A stretch of 60,038 bases of DNA, counting the filler, from Stramenopiles sp. TOSAG23-3 (taxonomy: Eukaryota): assembly GCA_900128585.1 (NCBI GenBank). It is 13 parts of 13 records of this genome, joined end to end, with 100 filler letters (N's around TTAATTAATTAA, not from the genome) between each part and the next. Parts side by side here need not be neighbours in the genome. Positions count along the whole stretch, not along the records: positions 18,552 to 23,077 come from LT643791.1; positions 23,178 to 27,700 come from LT643792.1; positions 27,801 to 32,323 come from LT643793.1; 10 more parts are not named here. One strand, 5' to 3'. Each line of letters begins with the position of its first letter. The stretch's first letter is position 1. The translations under genes and the position numbers were made by a program. Positions 21,690 through 32,423 of this stretch are shown piece by piece. The notes beneath the pieces were generated by a model. That model was not told where the DNA came from. It searched no databases and saw only the letters and a program-made list of their open reading frames with translations.

Positions 21690-22955
21690 ATGAGTGTGTC
21701 AGTTGATGTGACGAACCGAAACTGGGAGGCTGCTGCAGCGACGATGAAACACGCGGCGGGAGAAGGCACGCCTTTTTCCTCGCTTGAGTGCGATTCGGCG
21801 TTGGCATCTTTGAAAGCTTTAATTCCCGTGGAAAACGAGGGTAAAAACATAGACTGGGGCAGACTGAGATCATGTTTGAAGGAGAGAGCTCATTTGGCCC
21901 CTAAAGATTGGCCTGTGACAAGTGAGACGGCGGCTATGCTCGAAGATATTTTTGGAACACCGAATACCTCTGAGGCTTTTCAAAAGGTTTTTGATTGGGT
22001 TTTAGAAGGAGGGAATTGGCACAAAGCAAAAGAAGCAGCGAAGGCACGCCCGGCGGCAGAAAAACCATGGGTCGTTTTAGTAATGGGAGTAAATGGCATT
22101 CGAAAGACAACGAGTGTTTACCAAAGGTGGGTTACAAAAGCGTTGAGTGCGGCCCTTGGACAAGAAGTGGAGGAATCGAGCCTTCCGTCGGGCTCCAATA
22201 GTTTTTTTCGGCAATTGGATTACATGGTTGCCACATTGGCTAACGACGAGCTGCAAAAATTGTACAAAGGGCCGTTGTGCGCCGATGGCATGGGCTCAGA
22301 GCCTTATTCAAAATACAAGGACGCTGTTTTTGCAAGGTATCGAACAATTGCGGAGGCACTGGGAATCTTGCTGTTGAATGCTGCAAAAGTAGAGAAAATG
22401 AATGTCATGGTAGAAACCAGTGGAAGAGATATCGCCTCGTTCGCATACATCGAACGTTTTTTCCCCGAAGAGTCGCAGTACCGAAAGCTAGTCTTGAACT
22501 TTTCCATCGACGACATAATGCACGCAGAGCAGAGTGTTGACGTCCGAATGAAGCGGGAAATGAGGAATGGAAGGGCTGCAGTCATTCGAAATGCAGATGC
22601 GAGCGAGTTGGTGAGGGTGAACGCCGGGGGGCCGTATGGTAGCGCAGTGTTGAAAGGCATCAACGCGCAATCACAACAAGTGTGGTATCGTGTCAATAGC
22701 ACGGTAATCCACGGCGAGTGCGAGGCTGGCACACAGCGCTCCACGACTGAGACAGGGGGAGCAAGCGGCGACAAGTCAGTCGAATCACGCGCGAAATCTA
22801 CGGGTGATGGGAAGGCCCGCTGTTACCTAACATGGTCAAAAGCTCACATTGCCATCCATGGGAATGAATCTCCCAATCAGTGGTACGCCCGCGCCGTTTT
22901 CAATGGCTTGGAAGTTGAACCAAAGTATTCGTATGTTACATTATCTGAGAAGTGA
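21690..22955 (+). CDS. Zeta-toxin-like P-loop kinase-fold protein
   Basis: Walker-A-like WVVLVMGVNGIRKTT and NVMVETSG strand. Confidence 0.6.
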   Translation: MSVSVDVTNRNWEAAAATMKHAAGEGTPFSSLECDSALASLKALIPVENEGKNIDWGRLRSCLKERAHLAPKDWPVTSETAAMLEDIFGTPNTSEAFQKVFDWVLEGGNWHKAKEAAKARPAAEKPWVVLVMGVNGIRKTTSVYQRWVTKALSAALGQEVEESSLPSGSNSFFRQLDYMVATLANDELQKLYKGPLCADGMGSEPYSKYKDAVFARYRTIAEALGILLLNAAKVEKMNVMVETSGRDIASFAYIERFFPEESQYRKLVLNFSIDDIMHAEQSVDVRMKREMRNGRAAVIRNADASELVRVNAGGPYGSAVLKGINAQSQQVWYRVNSTVIHGECEAGTQRSTTETGGASGDKSVESRAKSTGDGKARCYLTWSKAHIAIHGNESPNQWYARAVFNGLEVEPKYSYVTLSEK

Positions 22956-24139
22956 ATAAATTTGATATGGTGAGATTTTTTTGTATGTTTACTGAAAAAA
23001 TTCTGTTTTTGTGTTCACATCAATCATCATAAAATAAAATCAAATTGAAAAATAAAAAATTTGATAATAATAATAATNNNNNNNNNNNNNNNNNNNNNNN
23101 NNNNNNNNNNNNNNNNNNNNNTTAATTAATTAANNNNNNNNNNNNNNNNNNNNNNNNNNNNNNNNNNNNNNNNNNNNAAAGTACATAATATTAGTATAGT
23201 CGAGTTGCAACACAACAGGACACAACGCAACGCACAGCTCCAACGCTATGCCTTGTATTGTAATATAATACCGAGAAGAAAGCAGTTCAAAAATTATTTT
23301 TAGTGCGACGAGTAACAAAATAGAATAATTCTGTGTACTGTACCTGAATGCTGTACTATTAGCTGTACATTATATCATGCTTTCGCACGTCCCTAACGTT
23401 CGTGAAGCCACAGTTGGAAAGCGTCGTCTGTATATGTTTTAGTACATAGTTGATTTCCTATCAATATTTATACTAAAACAAACTATAGAGTACAAGTGAA
23501 AATGAATATTTATTAATGGTACAGGCTCACAAGAAGCCAAATTAAACTAATTTTTTTTACCATTCCTCGGGAAAGGAGTTGTTCCATTTTTGAATTTGAT
23601 TTCTATGCTGTTGCTATATCGTATAATTTATATTTGCGTTGTATTCCTTACTTGAATTGTTTATTTAGAAGGAAGGGAGGGAGGGAGGGAGGGGGAAGCG
23701 AGGGGGTCGTTGGGATAAAAAAAACATTCTTCATTTTATAAAGTTTATAACATCTAAACAGCATTGTTATCAACAAGTATAATTTATTGTATTTTTCTGG
23801 TTGTTGTTGGATTAATATATCTGCTTACTAAGAAGTTTTATATTGTTAAGTAGTACGACGTACACACGATTTTATACTACTATATTAATAATACGAAGTA
23901 ATAAGGAGTTGGTCAAATGATGAAGAAGAAAGAAAAAAAAATAATTAATAATAATACTCGTATTTTATTCCACGATAAACAAAATACCAACTAAGTCCGT
24001 TCGTAAGAGGAGGAAGATATATAAAGTATAGTAATTGACTGATTATATTCTTTAATTTGGGGATTAAAAGTGTTAGATATCTTTTCATAGACGATAAAAA
24101 GACTTTGTTTTATATATCATTGACAGAAAAGACCGCACT

Positions 24140-25020
<881 letters not shown>

Positions 25021-25378
25021 ATTTTAATTAGTTTCTGCACGTGCAGCAAAAATCAATATAGCGTGTGCTGTACACACACAAAAAAAAGAGAGAGAGCCGT
25101 GTTATCGTTGTCGGGTAAGCATTAGAACGGCGCAGAGAGAGAGCCTTGATTTCAACTTTACACTTTAAAATTCAAAAAAATCTAATTTCATTTTAAGTAA
25201 TAATAGTTAATTGTGAACTCTCTAGTTTCTAAAAAATCTGCGCCCTTTGAACCCCCAAGCCGGGTCGTACAAATTGCCGGAAAGTAAACCTTTAATGGAT
25301 AGAAGGAGCAGAATCACTTTCGCGTACCTCAGACTAGATAATTTTTAATTATTTAAAAAAAAAAACATATACATATTT

Positions 25379-26294
25379 AAATAACAGCCATCTGTTATTT
25401 TTTTTAATCATATGACATCGACGCAAATCCAAATACCGATTCGGATCATACATGGAGTACACTTGAGAATGATAGTTCCACGTATATTATTGATTATATA
25501 GTAAAATAACAGGATCAGAGATAAGTTCGCAGTAAGTTTACATGAAGGAATGTTTAATGGACAAAAGGAGCATATTCATTTGCGCAGTAAATGTGGAAGA
25601 TAAATTTGAATTTACTTAAATACCAGTGCCACTATTTTGTTTTTAATTACAAACTGCACTGTTTTTTTTTTAATTCTTAGATTAAAGGGTATATTTTTGA
25701 TTTTACTAAAATCACTAATTCTAAAAGTAAAAAGAGATCAGTTCGCAGTAGATTAATTTTAAGTACTTAACGACGGGAACAGCATTCACACACGCCGATT
25801 ATGAACACCGACCCAAACGACACCCCGTCGACACCCCAACCCACAATTGACAATTGGTTGGTCCAAAAGACAGACAACGAGCATCGTTAAAACAATTACG
25901 CCGATTCTTCGACACCAACACAAGGAATGATCCATCTATGAGCGAGACACTGGATGAGACAGTTGATTATGGGTCTCCCGTCATCGACACATTTCCATAC
26001 ACCGATTGGGATCATGCATGGAGTACATCTGAGAATGATAGTCAACACTAGTGACAAGGGTATACTGATTAGTAAAACCACAAGAGCAGAGATAAGTTCG
26101 CAGCACAGGAAGGAATGTAAACCTTGAATGTCTAAATTTAGAGTTCAGTTCGCAGTACATTAATTTTAATTATTCTATATAATTTGTTCTTAAATAACAG
26201 CCAATTTTCTTGTTTTTAATTATGTTACTGAACTAACAGCCAGTTTTTCGTTTTTAATTCTTAAAACTGTATAACCGCCAGTATTTTGTTTTTA
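25379..26294 (+). mobile_element. Cluster of the same repeat family with two peptide-module copies, between convergent genes
   Basis: Motifs at 25379, 25613, 26190, 26234 and 26270. Peptide modules at 25414..25479 and 25938..26051. Confidence 0.7.
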
Positions 26295-26471
26295 ATGTTT
26301 TTAATACTTTGTATCTCTCTGGGACGTCCATAATTTCTCGTGGGGCAACTCGGCGATTCGAAGAAAGCCTAATTCTTGTATCGACTGGCCCCACGAGTAC
26401 GGCTGTGGCAAACGCCTAACTATATCAGCGTGGTCCGTAGCTGAGGCCGTAAAAAACAATTGACATCACAT

Positions 26472-26960
26472 TTATAACCGTTTCTGCCCACCTTTCCCAC
26501 CTTTGCCCCCCTTCCCTTTTTTAACGGGTGGCTTTTTGGTACTAGGCTTTGCGCATGGAACGCCAATTGAGCGGCACATTTCAGTAAAATCTTTTCCGTC
26601 TAAGTAATTTTGTACCAAACTGTCTTCATTCTCAAACATGGTATCACACTAAACAAATTTAAATAATGCAAGTTGTTAGCTATAATAGAAACAGGGATAT
26701 ATATATGAATCACGTTGTGAACTTACAATGTCGTAAAATACGCTCGGCATATCTGAACAGACCTTTTCAAATGCATATTTTGTTGCTTCATATCCGGCGC
26801 TTTCATCCAGCACGGAATTTGTCTTTGACCAAACGTACTTACAACCTTCGCAAGCTTCCATCTTGGCTGCGAAGGTTCCGTCCTGACCATGAACAGGTCG
26901 CATATGCATAACACAGATAGTCAGAAAAGCTAATAAACCTCTACCGACAGAAGCCATCAT
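26472..26960 (-). CDS. Secreted saposin-B-domain protein with Lys/Gly-rich tail; exons 26960..26727, 26648..26472
   Basis: Signal peptide. Six-Cys pattern CEGC..C..C..C..C after removing a 78-bp GTAAGT..CTAAC..TAG intron. Tail KKGKGGKGGKGGQKRL. Confidence 0.75.
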
Positions 26961-27800
26961 TATTGTTGCAATGTCGAAATTTGTATTGACTGTATCGTTT
27001 GCAATTGGCTTCGTAATTTGTTTTTCTGCAAATCTAGATCTTGAAGCAGGTTGTCGCATCATTTTTGTTACGATCCTTTCTTCACTATATCTACACGAAA
27101 TGCTTCGATCAAAACACAATGGCAGGCGGGGCCGTCCGTCCGTGTACGAAAAGTATATATATACAACAACAAAAAAACATTTAGCTTGTATAATACTGAT
27201 AATGTAATAATACCATTACATGCTGCATTATATGACACACGAACCCCCTCTTTTTTCTTCATAAAAATTATGACTTCTGCCTCTTCTTCTGCTGAACCCC
27301 CGTCCTCTCTGTTTTATTTGCCTGTGGTATGCGTGTAGCAATAAAACAAAAAAGTACGATAAACTCATGTATTATCCTATCAAATGAATTTATTTTCAGT
27401 GAGTTCGCGTGTGATGTTCGCCTCATTTGTTTTTTCCCTGCTGCTGATGACGCTTAAAAAAAGAACACTATGAAAAAACATTTATCATAGACTACTTAGA
27501 CACTATATTAAATTTAAAGCGAATAATGTTAACACGGGGGTTAGAAGTTCCTTGAAAAGATGCATCGTTCGCGAGGTGGAAATTTTTTAACTAACTTATA
27601 AAAAAAACAAAATTTAATTACTTATAGAGTAGAATCAAATAAGAGTGGGCTTTTTTTTTTAAAGTTAAAAGTTGTTTGGTTTAGTGAAAAAACACCGAAA
27701 NNNNNNNNNNNNNNNNNNNNNNNNNNNNNNNNNNNNNNNNNNNNTTAATTAATTAANNNNNNNNNNNNNNNNNNNNNNNNNNNNNNNNNNNNNNNNNNNN

Positions 27801-29076
27801 TAAACCCGCCCCCTCGCTCCGGAGTGGACGCTACCACGTGCAGTGGTGTCCGCTGGTACTCGTCGCGCAGGTAAGGGTCAGCGCCCGCGGCCACCAGTCG
27901 CTCCAAGCAGTTTGCGTTCCCTGCCCTGGCCGCGTCGTGGACGCACGTCCCGCCCCCTTTCCGCTTAATGTTCAACAACTTCGTCACGCTCGAAATCTCC
28001 AGCAGCGCCTCTACTATCTCTTCCGAGCCTATCTTCGCCGCTGCATGGAGTGAGGTGTCACCACCAGCCCCAGACACCATGGGGTTCGCCCCTAACGAGA
28101 GCAGCACCCGTACCACGTGGGACAGCCCGGAGCGAATGGCCGCGACAAGGACGGAGTCCCCGGCCTCGGTCTGGGCTTGCAAAAGCGACCGGTTGTTGCA
28201 GATCAATTTTTCTACGCCGATGGCCGTCAGGCTCTCGTCTTGGTCCGTGCCGGCGTCCTGGACTAAGGAAAACAATCGCTCGCTCCCGTCGTCTCCCGGA
28301 GGCGGCTGGCCCATCTCAAAGACCGCCTCCCGCAAGTCTTGAACCCACGCGTTTGCCTGAAGGGAATCTTTCGCGCGGACTACGACGTACCTTCCCTTGG
28401 CCTGGAGGGTGAAGAAATCATTTATTACCTCCGACGAAGGAAGTTTCACTCCCGGAGTCGCAACACCAATCGATATTTTTACCACCATCTCAAGCGCCAA
28501 GCTTCCTGCAAATATGCTCTCAACGCTCTCGTTCATCCGCCAGACTATTTTATTGTTTTCTCTATCCAACTGAAACCAGTACCGACGGGGAGACCCTAGC
28601 TGCTTCAGTGACCCTTCCTCGCCTCCTTCGGCAGGTTCCTGGTCGCCCGACCCTGCCTTCTCGTCAAAGACTCCACGGGGGTGGTAGACGGCCAGGTGCT
28701 TCTCGTACTGCTCCTTGTCCGACAGCCACCACGTGCACGCCCGGCACTTTCGCGGGTACGTCACTATGTTCGACGCGGCTGACTCTTTGCTGCCCTCGCT
28801 CGGGTATTTGTACAACCAACCGCCCGCGTCTGCAACGGAGGTGGGCTTTTGCTTTTCTGCCAAACACTTTTCCTGCCCCGAACGACCCGCTGAAACTTTT
28901 TCAAGCCCTGTGCCACCATCCACACCCGGGGACCCGGTGCCCGCTTTCCCGCTCGTTCCCTTTTTGTCTAACGCAGTGTCCTGCATCGTTGCAAACGGAC
29001 TTTCGGTTGCGACCTTTCCATCACCCGCCTGCGTTGCCTTCAGCGTTTCCAGCAACGCACTGAGTTCCGGGTCCAT
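27801..29076 (-). CDS. Split PH domain (C2H2-finger insertion) + ankyrin repeats, 3'-truncated
   Basis: GWLYK..RRYWFQL..ANAWVQDLR (PH); CRAC..YEKHLAVYH; GDTSLHAAAKIG and GGTCVHDAARAG. Confidence 0.8.
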
Positions 29077-29688
29077 GCAGTATTTTTTCTAGTTATGGTA
29101 TTTTATCGCACTCCAGAAGTTCTAGCTTCTATATTCGGGTATTGGTTGCTTCTACCCACCAGCATGCGGGGATTGGCTTTTGATCGTCTTGACTTGTGCG
29201 TGGCTGAACTTTACTTTTATTTATCCTCACATTTTTCCTTTTTCAATTATTCTTGTTCCTTGCATCAAATGCAAATTTAATTGAATTTTATATTTTTTTA
29301 GTAGAGAAGAAGAAGAAGAACAAAAAACAGCAGCAAAAAATAATAATAATTATTTTTTTTTGTACGTCCGGTATTAATAACAGGCAATACCATAGAATAT
29401 AAATAAACTCTTCCTTCTTTTTCAATAAAAAATATTTGTGATCAATAAAAAAAGAGGATTATATATAAACACACCATTGGGCACCAAAAAAGGATTTGAC
29501 GGGGGTTTTATACTTCTATACAGATGCTGTGTAGATGTTATCAAAATAAATAATTTTATTTGTTAAAATATAATAACGACGACAATTCTGAATGAATTTT
29601 CTTTCTTCTTTTCTTCATCATCATCATCTTGTTTTTAATAAGATTGGCGCCGATTTGAAATAAAGCACAGGACTTTGTGTCAACTATT

Positions 29689-29991
29689 TCAAATGAAGAG
29701 ATAATTATGAATAGAAGTTTTACTTTTTAATTTTAAAGTGTGAAAAGTGGTTTGAGATACATTAGATTGTGTCTGCCCCATGTATTTTTGAATAGCTTGA
29801 AGATAAAGTAGTGTTTGTTCCGGCGGCGTTTGGTTCAATTCGTCCATTTCACAAAAAATTGTCCCTTGGAACCACATTTCCAAGTCATTCGAGGGCAAAC
29901 AATTTATAAACGTTCGTTCAGGGGCGACCATCGTGATCGGAACGATTGTCTGATCTAAACTTGTGCAATAAAGCGTCCCCCTTGCTTTCAT
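29689..29991 (-). CDS. Possible small hypothetical protein or fragment
   Basis: 100-aa ATG ORF, slightly GC-richer than flanks, no motif recognised. Confidence 0.25.
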   Translation of the reverse strand: MKARGTLYCTSLDQTIVPITMVAPERTFINCLPSNDLEMWFQGTIFCEMDELNQTPPEQTLLYLQAIQKYMGQTQSNVSQTTFHTLKLKSKTSIHNYLFI

Positions 29992-30266
29992 TTGTCGTTT
30001 TCTGGCAGAATACTTACAAACTTTGAAAATCGAGTTGGATTTTTATTCGCGCCAAGGATACTGAACACTTTGTAGAACAGGCGCCTATCATAGCATTTTA
30101 CTTAAAGAAAAACAACGACAGTCGTGTTTTTTTAAAACGATGAAACCAAAATTTAATACATTGAATAGCATTATAACATTTAATTATTATAATTAATCAT
30201 TCTTCACGACGCCTACAGTAAACTAAGGTTTGGAGCCCATAGCCCATCATCGAAATATCTTCCCCT

Positions 30267-32105
30267 TCATGTTTCCGCGCCAGAACCTACAGTCTCCTCC
30301 GAATCTTCCGAATCCTCGGAGTCTTCGTCTAGCATTGCTTCAACTGCCTGCAGAAGGCGCCCGGTATAATCCCTTCGGTCGCCATCGGCCATAAATATCT
30401 CAAAATGTTGCACGATGGCGAAATTTGGGTAAGGCGGTGGGGTCTCCACGGTGATGGCCCCGAGCATTGCGCAAGAAATCCCAAACTCTATTTCAAGCTC
30501 CTGCAGCCGAGACAATCGTCCGGATTTCTTGCTCAGTGCAGACGTTGGTGGGTAATTGCTCCCACGGCTGCTCGAGCTTCGCACGGTGTCGCGGCTCTCC
30601 AGGGTTGCGCGATCGTCAGCTTTTGTGTTCAACCCATGGTTCATTCGCTCATCTTCGTCACGATACCGCTCCTCCCGGTCAAAGCGTACCTTGTGCTGCA
30701 TGTAGAACTCCTGCGCTTCCAGGCGCTTGTTGTCGAACAGCCATTTGACCAGGCCGTCCAAGGAGTTTCTTATTTCATCGAATACGCCGTATATGGTTCT
30801 CTTCACAGGGTCGGCAGAGTTCCTTATGCCTCGTATTTGGTTCTCGATGGCGCGTTTTAAGTCTTCGAACTGCTGGCTGAACTCGTCTGGCGACCTGCGT
30901 TCTTCTTCGGGCTCCCCCTGACCCTCGTTCTCGCCGGTCGTGCTGGCGTCCCCGCGCTTGCCCTCGTCTCTGCGCTCACGGCTTCTCCTGTTTCTTCGCC
31001 GGGACGCCCTCGCGACCTCTTTCTTCCGCTTCTCTGCCAGCTCAGTCTCGACCTCCTCTTTCGCAGCCATGCAGAACGTGGGGCACGTCGCGTGACTGCC
31101 AAGGTTGCAACGATCGTCCTTGCGGACCGACGTCCCTATGTCGCCGTAGTTGTCTATCCCAATCGGGGTGCCGTACTGTATCATCAGCCTCCCATCATCT
31201 TCCGGGCAGAGACCTGACAGAATGAACATCCCCATTTGTCCGCACGCCGGTATTCCCCCAAGCCCCCCCATTTTAAAGCCTTGGGGCCCCCCAAAGGGCA
31301 AAAAGTCTGCCTTTCGAAAAATTCGGACCTGGTCCTCTGTGCAAATGGAGTTGGCGAAAACTGTGTTTTCCCGGCAAAAACCCTTCGATTGCAGCAGCCG
31401 CAGCAAGCCTTTTCGCAGATCGGAAACGGGAACAATTGCCCGGGGGTCGATTTCTGAAAATCGCCCTTGTATTGCCTGAATGACCTGCCCCAAGTCCTGC
31501 AGAAGCTTTTTGCCGCCTTCTCCTTTACCCGACTTCCGTTGAATCAACTCCTTCTCGCGCTTTCGTTGCAAGGCTTGTCGCAAGTCTTCTATCATCTGCC
31601 TCCCTTCCCTCGGGTCCATGTCGCCGGTCAGTATCTGGGCACAAAATTCATCTGTTACAAAGTTTTGACTGGCGTCGGTGAACTTGTGCAAGTTTTCGGA
31701 AGCTGCCGTCTCTCTCTTCCGGGTCTTTTCGTCCACATCCGCAGAACCAGAGGAAGAGATGTCATTGTTGTTGTACGCCGGCGACGCCTGGTCTCGGGCA
31801 GGGGACGTCTGCTCCCGCGCAGGCGTCACCGCCCGCTGCACGTCGTACAGCACTTCGTCCGACCCTTCACACCTATACCCTTCCTTTGGAACTTCCCACT
31901 GGGTCTCCCCGCTCTTTGAATTGATGTAGTAGGTGTGTCCGCTGTCGTGGTCGAGTTCGGCACTCCAAAATGTGTCCTGCTGGTCCTCCGATTCGACAAC
32001 TCCGTCTTCCGCTTTGGACGAATAGTCGTCGCCCATTCCTGGTCCAGCGTGGTCGCTCGACATTGGAACTAACAGGTTTATTGGCAAGTGCTCCGCAGCT
32101 GCCAC
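30267..32105 (-). CDS. WW domain + degenerate LCIB/theta-carbonic-anhydrase-like domain
   Basis: WW: WSAELDHDSGHTYYINSKSGETQWEVP. LCIB-like: GFCRENTVFANSIC, FKMGGLGGIPACG, LMIQYG..IGID..G.IG, AMLGAITVETP..NF..FEI. Start uncertain (GTG 32105 or ATG 32063). Confidence 0.75.
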   Translation of the reverse strand: MAAAEHLPINLLVPMSSDHAGPGMGDDYSSKAEDGVVESEDQQDTFWSAELDHDSGHTYYINSKSGETQWEVPKEGYRCEGSDEVLYDVQRAVTPAREQTSPARDQASPAYNNNDISSSGSADVDEKTRKRETAASENLHKFTDASQNFVTDEFCAQILTGDMDPREGRQMIEDLRQALQRKREKELIQRKSGKGEGGKKLLQDLGQVIQAIQGRFSEIDPRAIVPVSDLRKGLLRLLQSKGFCRENTVFANSICTEDQVRIFRKADFLPFGGPQGFKMGGLGGIPACGQMGMFILSGLCPEDDGRLMIQYGTPIGIDNYGDIGTSVRKDDRCNLGSHATCPTFCMAAKEEVETELAEKRKKEVARASRRRNRRSRERRDEGKRGDASTTGENEGQGEPEEERRSPDEFSQQFEDLKRAIENQIRGIRNSADPVKRTIYGVFDEIRNSLDGLVKWLFDNKRLEAQEFYMQHKVRFDREERYRDEDERMNHGLNTKADDRATLESRDTVRSSSSRGSNYPPTSALSKKSGRLSRLQELEIEFGISCAMLGAITVETPPPYPNFAIVQHFEIFMADGDRRDYTGRLLQAVEAMLDEDSEDSEDSEETVGSGAET

Positions 32106-32423
32106 ACTCGTCGTAACAGGTTCCTTTGCTGTCTCTGTGCGTTCACAATATATTTAATACACAGGTGGATGTCTCAACGAACAGCAATTCTGACCTTTTC
32201 TTGAATGTTCCACGCAACCTTTCGATCCCCGACCTTATACAACAGGTGCCAGGAAAAGCCTCGATGCTGCATGCTTTTGCCGTTGTTTGAAATTGTTTTT
32301 CAAACAAACAACAAAATTTTATANNNNNNNNNNNNNNNNNNNNNNNNNNNNNNNNNNNNNNNNNNNNTTAATTAATTAANNNNNNNNNNNNNNNNNNNNN
32401 NNNNNNNNNNNNNNNNNNNNNNN

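Noticed and set aside
25860-25930. Alternative-frame upstream ORF ending in TGA 7 nt before the peptide ATG in three copies (operon-like)
   Set aside because: Substitutions between the 33 kb and 34 kb copies fall most often on third positions of the peptide frame (about 9 vs 6 and 4), favouring that frame as ancestral; the sample is small.
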